The notes below the pieces were generated by a model. The model worked only from the letters and a program-made list of their open reading frames with translations. It was not told the DNA's origin and did not search any database. This document shows positions 26,407-39,774 of a stretch of DNA of 64,000 bases, in pieces. This stretch comes from Octopus sinensis (Eukaryota): contig NC_043025.1 of NCBI RefSeq assembly GCF_006345805.1, forward strand, positions 8,928,001-8,992,000, given 5' to 3'. Both the position numbers and the translations under genes were made by a program. The stretch's first letter is position 1; every line of letters starts with the position of its first letter.

Positions 26407-27759
26407 TTGCCTTGCAGAATCTTAGTTGAATGAATAGGACCCACCCCCACTGGTATGTGTTAACATCCACTGGGCAGCTAACTTGTGGAACTGAACCAAG
26501 AACCATGTCATTGGAAAACAAGTTTCTTACCACACAATATAGTAGAAGACACTTGCCCAAGGTTCCACGCAGTGGGACTGAACCCGGAACCATGTGGTTT
26601 GTAAGCAAGCTACTTACCACACAGCCACTTCGACGCCTATAAAGTGACACTGGGGTAAAATATACAAAGCCCAGTATACCCATCATGACTACCCGTCTGA
26701 TAAGGGTACACTGGGCATGTGCATCACAACCATATGACCTTGCAGGTGGGGCTTCTATAATAATTATCAATATCTATGTGCGCCAGTATGGAGATACAAT
26801 GGCCTAGTGGTTAGGGCAGCGGACTCGTGGTCGTAGGATCGCGGTTTCGATTCCCAGACCAGGCTTTGTGAGTGTTTATTGAGCGAAAGCACCTAAAGCT
26901 CCACAAGGGTCTGGCAGGGGGGTTGGCGATCCCTGTTGTACTCTTTCGCCACAACGTTCTCTCACTCTTTATTCTGTTGGCCTGCTCGCTTATTGAGCGG
27001 CTGGTGTCATTTGAAGGCTAAAACAATGCAAAGCGCATTGTGACCAGCGATGTGTTGCAACATCTGATAGCCTGGTTAGTCACGGTGATCACTGTGATGT
27101 GTGTCAGTATGAATGCTTGTAAATATGTACGAATGTTATGTATGTATGTATACCACTATTCAGTTTTATTTCAAGATTTCTTGCCAATGGAGAAAGAACC
27201 AGTTTCTAACCTAGATCCAAGGCTCCTTCATTGGAATTTTAGCAACATCAACAGGATATTTTGTATGCATGTATGTATGTATGTATGTATGTAAGGAGCA
27301 CTCCATCGGTTACAACGTACAAGTGGTAGAACAATCCACAGACACACGTACCCCTAATGTAGTTCTCAGGGAGATTCAGCGTGACACAGAGTGTGACAAG
27401 GCCGGCCCTTTGAAATACTGGTACAACTCATTTTTGCCAGCTGAGTGGACTGGAGCAACATGAAATAAAGTATCTTGCTCAAGGACACAACGCGTTGCCA
27501 AGAATTGAACCCACGACCTTACGATCACCTCCGGAAACATGGGTGTTTCATTCAACATCCTTAAACAACCCTTATTCAGTGACCTTTTGAGCGGGATGTG
27601 TTACTTGACCAGAAGAAAAATTCTAACTGGGCCCCACCTGCAATGTCATATGGTTGTGATGCATGTGCCCAGTGTACCCTTATCAGATGAGTAGTCATGA
27701 TGAGTATACTGGGTTTTGTATATTTTACCCCAGTGTCACTTTAATGCACTCCTCTCTCA

Positions 27760-28230
<471 letters not shown>

Positions 28231-28947
28231 CTCCCTCATGCCTACAAAGTACCTCAGTAGGCATGATAAAGATGCACAATATATTCACTGGGTAATTTGC
28301 AAAAACCTGGATTTGCCCCATGAAAAAAACTGGTGGGAACACAATCCACCTCCTGTGCTTGAAAATGACCACATCTCACTCCTCTGGAACTTCACCATTC
28401 AAACTGACAGGAAGATAGATGCAAATAGGCCAGACATCATATTGAAAGACTTCAGACAAAGAACATGCCTCCTCATTGATATGACTGTCCCAATCGATAT
28501 AAACGTATCTGTCAAGACCTACCAAAAACTGAGCAAATATAAAGATCTTGAAATAGAAATCAGCAAAATGTGGAAGCTGAAGACTAAAACAATACCTGTT
28601 GTCATAGGTGCTCTGGGAATGATAGCGAAAGGGACTGATTGCTACCTAAATCAGATACCAGGAAACCCCAAAATGGCAGAAATTCAAAAGATAGTGCTCA
28701 TGGGAACTGCTCATATCCTACGAAAAATACTCTCTATGTAATCCCAAGGTTTAAAACAAACTTTTTTTATTTATTTATTTATTTATTTATTTTATGTATT
28801 AGACATTCACTAGTACAACACCAAAAAAAAAAAAGAAAAAAAACCCCCCAAATATATGGCACAGAACTTCCAACCTGTTGTCTCTTGAGGTCTCTGGGTG
28901 AGACTTGGAGCCAACTTGTACAGACATAAAGCAAAAGTCAAACATAG
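28231..28947 (+). mobile_element. 5'-truncated R4/Dong-type LINE (RHD zinc-knuckle end, RLE PD..D motif, 3' UTR) in (TAA)n
   Basis: YLSRHD..IHWVIC...NRPDII...LIDMTVP...KYKDLEIEI; flanked by long TAA arrays. Confidence 0.92.
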
Positions 28948-28966
28948 AATAATAATAATAATAATA

Positions 28967-29034
<68 letters not shown>

Positions 29035-29944
29035 TAATAATAATAATAATAATGATAATAATCCTTTTTACTGGAAGCACAAGGCCTCAAATTTACAGGA
29101 GGGGATTAAGTTGATTACATCAACCCCAGTGCATAACAGGTACTTACTTTATCGACCCCGAAATGATGAAAGGCAAAGTCAACCTCAGGAGAATATAACA
29201 ACGGATGAAATACTGTTAAGCATTTTGCCTGGTGTAATAACAATTCCGCTTTAGTAATAATAATGATAATAATAATAATTCTTCCTACTAAAGACATGGT
29301 GTGGAATTTTTGAGGAAAGGGTTGTTTGATTACACTGAACCCCTAGAGATCAGCTGATACTTATTTCATACTTATTTGTATGTATGTATGTATGTAAGGA
29401 GCACTCTGTCGGTTACAACAACGAGGGTCCCAGCTGATACGAGCAATGGAACAGCTTGCTCATGAAATTAACGTGCAAGTGGTAGAGCAATCCACAGACA
29501 CACGTACCCCTAATGTAGTTCTCAGGGAGATTCAGCGTGACACAGAGTGTGACAAGGCCGGCCCTTTGAAATACAGGTACAACTCATTTTTGCCAGCTGA
29601 GTGGACCGGACCCGAAAGAATGCGTGGCAAAGTTAACCTTGAAGATCAAAGAACTCAGAACATTAAAAGTTAAAACAAAAGCTGGTAATTACTTTTATGT
29701 AATCACACAGGTGATTGGTACCTAACGAGAAAAAGAAATAAAAAAGCAACAATAGACATAATCAAAGGTGTGAGAAAGAGGGTGTAACCAACGGAAAGGT
29801 GTGAGAAACAGTTTGAGTTTAATCAGAAAATTGGGAGAATAAAAAAATAGAAAATGTATTTATACTTATGTTACACAATATTGTCATTCTAGATATGTGG
29901 TTTGATGGGAAATGTCTAGAATATGCTAATGGCAGAGCTGGAGC

Positions 29945-30077
29945 TATAAAAGGCTAAGTGGGGTTGTTTTAATTTGCCAGTGTGTTGCTGTTCTCTATCT
30001 ATCGCCTACTTGTGTGTTGGCGTGAAACGGGTTCAATTTTCGTTCGAGCTACTTCCAGGAACTTTTTCTCAAAAAAG
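29945..30077 (+). promoter_or_regulatory. Candidate TATA promoter and non-coding first exon (upstream module)
   Basis: TATAAAAG at 29945, Inr-like CCAGT about 32 nt downstream, donor aaag|gtaggc at 30077/30078, in non-repetitive sequence. Confidence 0.45.
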
Positions 30078-30386
30078 GTAGGCAGAGCTCTATTTACCCC
30101 CTCCGGCCCCCCACACCTTGACCTTAGAGGACGGCCCTCTTGTTTACCTTCCCCTTTCTCTCTCTTCCACCCTTTTTTCTATCTGGCTTCTTGTTATCTT
30201 ATAGCCCTTATTTTTAGTTTCTTTTTATGTGGTTTTTATGTTTAGTCCCCCCCCCATTTAGCCCCTTTTCTTGTCCTATTTCTTTACTTTTTTATTTGCA
30301 CATGCATACATGTACTTGTTCATACACATACACATATGGATGTATGTACATCTGTTCCTTGATCTCTTCTCTCACTATATATATAT

Positions 30387-30420
<34 letters not shown>

Positions 30421-30672
30421 ATATTTTAAATTAGAGACAAAACCACTATTATGCAAATCAAACAAAGAAAAACTTAAGCCAATACATCAATAAATTTATA
30501 TAATTTAGAAATGTAACAATTATTAATAATAGTGGTTTTGTCTCTAATTTAAATAATATAATATTTTACTATAAAATTGGATTCAATCCTAAATCTGATT
30601 TTCCCTGTAAGTTTGGATTTATTCCCTAATATTATATTATTATATATATATATTATATATATATTATATATA

Positions 30673-30712
<40 letters not shown>

Positions 30713-30957
30713 TATATATACCAAATATATACATTTTATTTATTATTTTTCACATTATTTAATCATCGTTATGTTTTATCTTATATTTAATCATTCTATA
30801 ATATGTAATTTTTCTAAATGGTATGATTTAATTTTTCCTTATAAATTGATAAAAGGTGGATTTTTGCTAATTTATATATATTATATTTGTGAAATTTGAT
30901 TTAGTATTTCTAAATTGAATTTTCCCCTGTAAGTTTGGAATAATTTTCCCTCATATT

Positions 30958-31008
<51 letters not shown>

Positions 31009-31827
31009 TATATTATAATATATACATAAATAATTTACAAAGTAAGGGCAAAAGAAAAATTCTAATGTCAATATGCCAAAAAACAAATTTAATAAATAAA
31101 TAAATTTAACTTTTAAAGGTATTTTTTGATAAGCTGGCCATTGATAAAATTTTTTTCTCGAAAAAAAAAAATTTTATCCTACATTAGTTATATATATATA
31201 TACACACACACACACACATATATATATGTGTGTATAAATATATATTCAAGTTTAATCAAATTTCTTTTGGTTTTGAAATAGCATTTTTATAAACATTAAC
31301 AATGACCATTGCATCACGAAAGTTTTGATTTAAAAAATAGGTTTATTTAGTTAGAAAATATTTTTATATTCTCTTAAAGAAAAGTAAAATATTTTCTCTG
31401 TTTTTCATATAAATAATTTCAACTGTCTCCATATTAATTAGCAACAGCAAGTCATAAGAAAATCAAAACGAAGATATACATACAGCGGTGCCCCAGCATG
31501 GCCACAGCTCAAGAGCTCAAACTGGAAAACATAAACATATACACATACATACATACATACATACATACATACATACACATACATTCTGATATATATATAT
31601 ATATTGCAAATAAGAAAATGGAGAAACACAATAGTTGGTTCGTCAACTTTAGGACATTAAAAATGTTAACTTATTTATTTATTAAAATGATAATTATAAT
31701 AACATACATACATATAACATATTATTCTATGCATATAAGATAAGAATACAAGTAATTATTAAAAAACATGAATATATATCTGCATGCATGCATATACACA
31801 CACACACACCCACACACACACATATAC

Positions 31828-32046
31828 TCTTTTACTCTTTTACTTGTTTCAGTCATTTGACTGCGGCCATGCTGGAGCAGCGCCTTTAATCGAGCAACTC
31901 GACCCCGGGACTTATTCTTTTGTAAGCCCAGTACTTATTCTATCGGTCTCTTTTGCCGAACCGCTAAGTAATGGGGACATAAACACACCAGCATCGGTTA
32001 TCAAGCAATGCTAGGGGACAAACACAGACACACAAACACACACACA

Positions 32047-32092
<46 letters not shown>

Positions 32093-32252
32093 TACGACGG
32101 GCTTCTTTTAGTTTCCGTCTACCAAATCCACTCACAAGGCTTTGGTCGGCCCAAGGCTATAGTAGAAGACACTTGCCCAAGGTGCCATGCAGTGGGACTG
32201 AACCCGGAACCATGTGGTTGGTAGACAGGCTACTTACCACACAGCCACTCCT
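31828..32252 (-). mobile_element. SINE A, full copy
   Basis: Same consensus. Confidence 0.85.
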
Positions 32253-32535
32253 GTAGATACAAGTATATATATATATATACTTGTATCTACACCTACATAG
32301 ATATATACATATATGTATGTGTATATGTACTTATATCTCTGCATATACCTATATATATATGTGTGTGTATGTTTGTCGTATAAATTAAGGGTAAACCACT
32401 TTTTACCCCCATCCACGTATGACACTCAGTTGCAAGAGTCCCATACACTAACTAGCACTTGGGTATGAATAATTAGGTACACTACCAGCAGTATATTGGA
32501 TAATACTATTACATATGTGATTAGGAGTATTATGT

Positions 32536-32858
32536 GAAGGCGCGTGGCTTAGTGGTTAAGGCATTCGACTGACGATTGTATGGTCATGAGTTCGATTCCC
32601 GGCGATGCGTTGTGTCCTTGAGCAAGATACTTTATTTCACGTTGCTCCAGTCCACTCAGCTGGCAAAAATGAGTTGTACCTGTATTTCAAAGGGCCAGCC
32701 TTGTCACACTCTGTGTCATGCTGAATCTCCCTGAGAACTACGTTAAGGGTACGCGTGTCTGTGGATTGCTCAGTCACTTGCAAGTTAATTCCACGAGCAA
32801 GCTGTTCCGTTGATCGTATCAGCTGGGACCCTCGTCGTCGTAACCGACGGAGTGCTCC
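32536..32858 (+). mobile_element. tRNA-derived CORE-like SINE family D (partial copies 27295-27530, 29396-29605, 60343-60525)
   Basis: gtggcttagtggttaag / gagttcgattccc boxes; gtgtccttgagcaagatacttt CORE-like segment. Confidence 0.8.
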
Positions 32859-33689
32859 TATGAGTATTATATAATACTAATACTCATAATCACATAGAGG
32901 TAAGATACCAGTAATTCATTGGGTACAAATATCCCTTAGACAGTTGTTATAACCTCTAACTTAACTCACCTCTATATATATAATAGGAAAAAGAAAATGG
33001 AAAAGCTAGCATACAAACATCAATTTATTAGAATACATTCAGTTCTGTACAACATCAAATTCCATTCTCCTACAGCCGTTTCTATACCCATTAAATTTAG
33101 TTTTGAGGAATTAAATTAAATAAATTAAAATTTTCATATCGAATTGCTAAAGTACACATAACTGAGTCTATCAGGGGGTCAGACCAACACACAGAGTGTA
33201 GCTCCTTTCTATTGAGTTCTCCTGAAAAAATGCCTGATTAACAATATTCGATATGAAAATTTTAATTAATTTATTTTATTTAATTGCTCAATTGAATTAA
33301 CTGGGCATGGAAACAACTGTAGGAGAATGGAAATTTGTATAGAATTGAATATGTTCTAATAAATTGATGTCTGTATGCTAGTTTCTCTATTTTCTTCTTC
33401 CTATTACATAAATAATTTGTACCCTTATCCATCAATTTGAAACTAACTTCTTTTGGTTTTTCACTGATACACTGGATAAAACTCGGGAACATGGATGCTG
33501 ACATCCTTTCAAGAGGATTTTATATCTTTGATTTAACTGAATATATATAAACACACACACATACATAGACATATGTATATGTATATAAAGTTAATCCAAA
33601 CAAGAAAACAAAAATAAAAAAACAACAACGCATGGACGTGGAACAAATATAGTATTATTGGACGCTCAGGAAAGAAGGGAAGAAGGAGG

Positions 33690-33724
33690 GTTTGACGTTT
33701 CGAGCGGAGCTCTTCATCGGAAAC
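33690..33724 (-). ncRNA. Minimal hammerhead-like motif, CCGAUGA core (sibling 16758-16792)
   Basis: GTTT-CCGATGA-A-GAGC-tcc-GCTC-GAAAC-GTC-AAAC. Confidence 0.55.
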
Positions 33725-34282
33725 ATAGGAGAAGGAAAGATCCCGAGAAGGGAAGACAGGGGAAAAAAATCGCTAGTGATACAGACGAGGTCACATACAT
33801 ATATATTAATTTAGGCCCCTACATCTCACCATATAAAAAGAATTTTTATTTTTAATTTAAATACCTACTGTTTTATTACTTGGCAACACATGTTTCATGA
33901 GGTACATCCTCGGGTTCCTAAACCACTCCGTGTTTTCCTGGAACCCTTCTTAAAATGTAACCCCATCATCAGGCCTTTATATCCCTTTATCAACGTTCAG
34001 TACAATGTAGGGGCCTACTATCTCTAAATTGAAATATACTTGAAATATACACTGAGAATAATTTGAACCTCTGTGATGCCGGAATTTTTGTTCCCTAAAA
34101 AATAATAGGAAAAATTAAATTATACCATTTAGAAAAATTACATATTATAGAAAGATTAAATATAAGATAAAACATATAACGATGATTTTTTTATATGCTA
34201 GACCACTGTTGTGAAATCGATGTTAATTAAATTAATATCTAATTTCTCACCCTCAATTTAAATTTTATATGTATATATATAT

Positions 34283-34575
34283 CCTGGGCTTCAGAGGCCC
34301 ACAGCTCTTCAATATCCTCCCGAAGAACCTGAGAGACCTGCATGGGGTGGATGCAGATGTCTTTAAAATAAAACTGGATCTCTTCCTGTCAGGTGTTCCA
34401 GATGAACCAACTTCACGGCAGGAGGTGCAGATGAGGGCAGCTGCATCAAACTCTCTCATGCACCAAATGGCAATTGCTAAAAAGCATTAGTGAAGTAAAA
34501 TCATGTAGCAACACTAAATGGCGGTGCCCCAGCATGGCCACAACTCGTGAGCTGAAACTAGATAAAATAAAAAAA
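34283..34575 (+). mobile_element. CR1/L2-group LINE 3' end (shorter copies at 54136-54295 and 31483-31530)
   Basis: GPQLFNILPKNLRD...VFKIKLDLFLSGVPDEP...AASNSL; stem-loop tail. Confidence 0.85.
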
Positions 34576-35000
34576 AATAATAATATATATATATATATAT
34601 ATGTACACACATATATACACATACATACAAATATGCATGTATGCCTGTAAGAGTACATACATGCAAAAACACACAGACACACACACATATATTTTATTTT
34701 TAAAATTTTTTATTTATTTATTTTTTTTGTACTTGTTTCAGTCATTTGACTGCGGCCATGCTGGAGCACCGCCTTTTAGAGTGGTGAAAGAGTACAGCAG
34801 GGATCACCACCTCCTGCCGGGGCCTCGTGGAACTTTTAGGTGTTTTTTTCGCTCAATAAACACACACAACGCCCAGTCTGGGAATCGAAACCGCGATCCT
34901 CCGACCGCAAGTCCGCTGCCTTAACCACTAGGCCATTGCGCCTCCTTATGTGTATATATATATATATATATATCAGTATCTTTTTTTTCTAATTTTTCAG

Positions 35001-35047
35001 ACCTGACAAAATGTTTTGGCAATTGCTATTGTTTGCTCTTGTAGCAG
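35001..35047 (+). CDS. Orphan signal-peptide exon MFWQLLLFALVA + G (ATG 35011, phase 1 donor)
   Basis: ttttctaatttttcag|acctgacaaaATGTTTTGG...GTAGCAG|gtaaga; same architecture as exon 52184-52232. Confidence 0.6.
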
Positions 35048-35082
35048 GTAAGAAAATTATTGTTGTTTTTTCTCATTATATA

Positions 35083-35588
35083 CTAGCAGTATCGCCCGGT
35101 GTTGCTCGGGTTTGTAAGGGAAATAACTATATAAGCATTTTCAGAGAGTTACTTCCCTTATAAATTCGGGCTTTCTTAGCCATTTTTGTTTTGGTGTCTT
35201 CAAGCCATGAAGTCGTTGTTCTAAAAGAACGCTGGTTTCCTTCACAACGCATTACGACATTGATTTCTTTACACTCCCTTCCCCACAGCTTCACGAGGGA
35301 GGGAAGGGGGAGAAGCAAACAGGTGCAGGTGTGACCATGGACGCCAACTCCGCCGCCATCGACACACGATGCATTTTATGCATTAAAATGGAATAAAAAA
35401 TGATGTTAAATTATTTTTAAAATCGTAGACTCATCGTTGACGCGCGCTAATAGTCAGACGGGCTCGATATGAATCACGACTATAAGATACCTGAATTTGG
35501 TTAAACTGCACCGCAAAATGTGGGAGAAGTTAGGAATCTAAATCGAAGGGGACAGACACTCACACAACTAGAGTTTTATATATATAGA
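35083..35588 (-). mobile_element. Non-autonomous Helitron (subfamily 2), 35 bp downstream of the orphan exon donor
   Basis: Same termini and internal sequence as 18936-19450. Confidence 0.85.
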
Positions 35589-36037
35589 TATTCACACACA
35601 CACATACACACACATACACACACACGCACACGCACACACGCACACACGCACACACACACACAGAGAAACATTTCCTTGTTTCTGTCTTTCCAATAACAGA
35701 ATATACATACCTCATTAGGAATTCTTTAGTCGATAACTTGTGACCCACATCTTTCATCATCATCTGTCTTAGAAACAGCTGTAAGTGGCTTTAAGTATTT
35801 ATGACATCTACTCTGGACTATGTTTATAGTATTGATTAAGTGTTCTGTCTAGATGCTAAATGGTTTGTTTGGTCATTATCTATTTCCGTATATGTCTACC
35901 TGTTCAACGATGAACTCGTTCTAGTCACCTTTGATAAGACATTTCAGTACAACATTTTTCAGCTGCGGTTCAAGATAGTGACTTAGTAGTAAACCAATAT
36001 ATATAGGCACAGGAGTGGCTGTGTGGTAAGTAGCTTG

Positions 36038-36137
36038 NNNNNNNNNNNNNNNNNNNNNNNNNNNNNNNNNNNNNNNNNNNNNNNNNNNNNNNNNNNNNNN
36101 NNNNNNNNNNNNNNNNNNNNNNNNNNNNNNNNNNNNN
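36038..36137. other. Assembly gap (100 N) between two SINE fragments
   Basis: Run of N. Confidence 1.
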
Positions 36138-36728
36138 CCATCCAAATTGTGGCCGAAGCCAGTGCCACCTCGACTGGCTTCCGTGCAGGTGGCACGTAAA
36201 AAGCACCCACTACACTCATGGAGTGGTTGGCGTTAGGAAGGGCATCCAGCTGTAGAAACATTGCCAGATAAGACCGGAGCCTGGTGCAGCCTTCTGGCTT
36301 CCCAGATCCCCGGTCGAACCGTCCAACCCATACTAGCATGGAGAACGGACGTTAAACGATGATGATGATGATGATAACCATATGTACATATACACATACA
36401 TATATACATGTGTAGGTGGATGTGAGTGTATGTGTTTGATTCATTTTCCTTCTTCAAAACAGGCAATAAAATATAAGTGAGTTTTGTATTATGTATTATT
36501 AACTTGATAACGTTCCTGAATGTTCCACGCTATTTCTCACACTTATTAGCAAATCTACCAACATTGATATATTTTCTTCTTTTTTTTTTATGGTGCTTTT
36601 ATGCGTTGTTATTGCTTCTAAATATTCCATTTACAAAACTCTGAACTTAGTGTGCGAAAGTTTCCATTTTACAGTGACCTTGTATCAACCAAATTTCTCA
36701 CGTTTACATTTTCGATGGAAAACAGAAA

Positions 36729-36772
<44 letters not shown>

Positions 36773-36949
36773 TATATAGATACATGCACATAAACACACA
36801 TATTTATATATATACACGGACACAGACACATACATTTGCATATACAAATACCAACATACAAATACATTTGCATATAGAAATACACACATACAAATCTATG
36901 GATGCTTTATATGTATGTATATATACATATAACTATATATATATATATC

Positions 36950-37006
<57 letters not shown>

Positions 37007-37064
37007 ATATATGTATATATACATAAATATACACATATAATATATATATATATATATATATTAC

Positions 37065-37097
<33 letters not shown>

Positions 37098-37717
37098 CAC
37101 ACATATAATATATATATTAATATATATATATGCGTACATATATATTCATATGTATACGCACACATGCACACGCATACATTTATTTGTATGTGTGTGTGTG
37201 TATATGCACATATAGGAAATGCTTGATCGTTCCATCTTCCACGAACCCCCCCCCACACACACACACACCCCAGTAATGACAAAAGCAATAGAAAAATATC
37301 TCATAAAAAAAAAAAACCAGGAAAGAAAAAATACGAACAAATTACGAAGTTACGTGATAATTGACGGAGAAATAAGAACAATGGCTGCTGGCTCTTTCAA
37401 TAACAAATGATTAATTCTCGAAAGTTTCTGTTACAGAAGGAATTTGTTTTCGCCTCCGGAACACGTTTAAGTTCTTCACATTGACAAACAGACGCATAAA
37501 ATAACGACAAAGAAAATCATAACATAATTTAGCATAACTGTAACAATAACAACAACCACAGTGGAGGCAGCGCAATGGCCCCAGTGGTTAGGGCGGCGGA
37601 ATCGCGGTCGTAAAGAACGCGGTTTCGATTCGCAGACCGGGGCGTTGTGAGTGAGTAGCTGAGAGCGGGCTTCGAATTAGAGGTTATTCTTTGTGGCTAA
37701 TGGCGTGAGTACTGATT

Positions 37718-37985
37718 GGAAGAAGAAGAAGAAAGAAGAAAGAAGAAGAAGAAGAAGAAGAAAGAAGAAAGAAGAAAGAAGAAAGAAGAAGAAGAAGAAA
37801 GAAGAAAGAAGAAAGAAGAAGAAGAAAGAAGAAAGAAGAAAGAAGAAGAAGAGGAAGAAGAAAAGGAAGAAGAAAGAGGAAGAAGAAAGAGGAAGAAGAA
37901 AGAAGAAGAAGAATGAAAGCAAGAAGAGGAAGAAGAAAGAAGAAGAAGAAGAAGAAGAAGAAGAAGAGAAGAAAAAGAAAAAAAG
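37718..37985 (+). repeat. (GAA)n purine tract
   Basis: Direct. Confidence 0.97.
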
Positions 37986-38748
37986 ACGACAACCACAACA
38001 GCAGCAACAACAGTGGAGGTGCAATGGCCCCGTGGTTAGGGCAGCGGACTTGCGGTCGGAGGATTGCGGTTTCAATTCCCAGACCGGGCGTTGTGTGTGT
38101 TTATTGAGCGAAAACACCTAAAAGGTCCATGAAGCTTTGGCAGGGGTCGGTGGCGACCCCTGTTATACTCTTTAGTCCCCAATTTTCTCTCACTCTTTCT
38201 TCCTGTTTCTTGTCCCCAACTTCCTACGCAACCGCTGAGCCTGGATGCGCATTCATCCATCCATCGATGCTCTCGGTGTCGGGGCTTGACCTGCTGTCTC
38301 TTCTACGGGTCTTACGAATAGCAAAGGACCATGTTTCGGACTTCTCCCATCTTGCGAGCTCTGGGACGAAGACCGTTCACTCAACAGCAACAGTAGTAAC
38401 AATAATAAACAACAGTAATCGTAGTAATAGCGGTTTCCAAATTAGGCTCAGGAACACCAATAGTAATAATAATAATAATAATTATATATAAATAATAATC
38501 CTTTCTACTAAAGGTACAAGGCCTGAAATTTTGGGGGAGGGGGTAGTTAATTACATCAAACCCCAGTGGTTGACTGGTACTTAATTTGTCAAACCTGGAA
38601 GGATGAAAGACAAAGTCAACCTCAGCAGAATTTGAGCTTAGAACATAGTGACAGGTGAAATACCGCTAAGCATTTCATCCAAAGTGCTAACAATTCAGCC
38701 AGCATGCTGCCTTAATAATGATAATAATAATAATAATAATAATAATAA

Positions 38749-39683
38749 ATGCCTTGATGCAGTACCAGACAGTGGCTCTCATGGCTTTTGATCTTAACTG
38801 ATTGGAAGTGTTATCATGTACATTGTTTTGTCATGGTATAAAAGATGGGCAGTGAAGGCACAATGGAGCAGTGGTTAGGGTAGTGGACACATGATCGGAG
38901 GATTGTGGTTTCGATTCCCAGACTGGGCGTTGTGTGTGATTATTGAGCGAAAACACCTAAAAGCTCCATGAGGCTCCAGCAGGGGGTGGTGGCGACCCCT
39001 GTTGTACTCTTTTGCCCCCAACTTTCTCTCACTCTCTCTTCTTGTTTCTTGAGTAACACTGTGACGGACTGGAGTCCTGTCAAGCTGGAAAATAAATATA
39101 CCACAGAAACTGGGAAACCAGGCCCATGAGCCTGGCTAGGTTTGAAAAGGGTGCATAAATAAAAAAAATAAAAGATGGGCTACGGCAAATATTCTGCTGA
39201 ATACCACAGATTTGCTTGTCAGTTGCATGACCTTAACCAGTTGAGGATGTCCCTTAGTGGCTGATGATAGGTGCATCTTTGGTTAGAAGCAGAAGTAGTG
39301 GGGGAGCATCATAGCCGTGTGTTGAGAGGGATTCTTTGGGGTTTGGATAATTCACCTTTGGGAACATGGGTGTTTCGTTCAACATCCTAAAACAACCCTT
39401 ATTCAAGGAACTTTTTAGTGGGATGGGTTACTCAATCTGAAGAAAATTCTTACTGGGTCCCACCTGCAAATTCAGGTGCTGTTTAAATCGACCCCAGCAT
39501 TCAATTGGTACTTATTTTTTCAGCCCACAAAGGATAAAAGGCAAAGTCAACTTTGGCAGGATTTGAACTCAGAACATAGAGTGGATGTAATGTCACTAAG
39601 CATTTCACTTGGTGCGTTAATGATTCACCAGCCTGCAGCCTTTCCAACAACAACAGCAACAACAACAACAACACGGTACAAGG

Positions 39684-39774
<91 letters not shown>

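Noticed and set aside
32536-32610. tRNA genes at SINE heads (families A, C, D)
   Set aside because: A and B boxes are present but there is no full cloverleaf and each runs into a SINE body.
36466-36479. 14-nt exon candidate after exon 35047
   Set aside because: Introduces an in-frame stop (…VAGNKI*).
37677-38121. Lys/Glu/Arg-rich and Phe/Ser-rich ORFs
   Set aside because: (GAA)n tract followed by SINE C.
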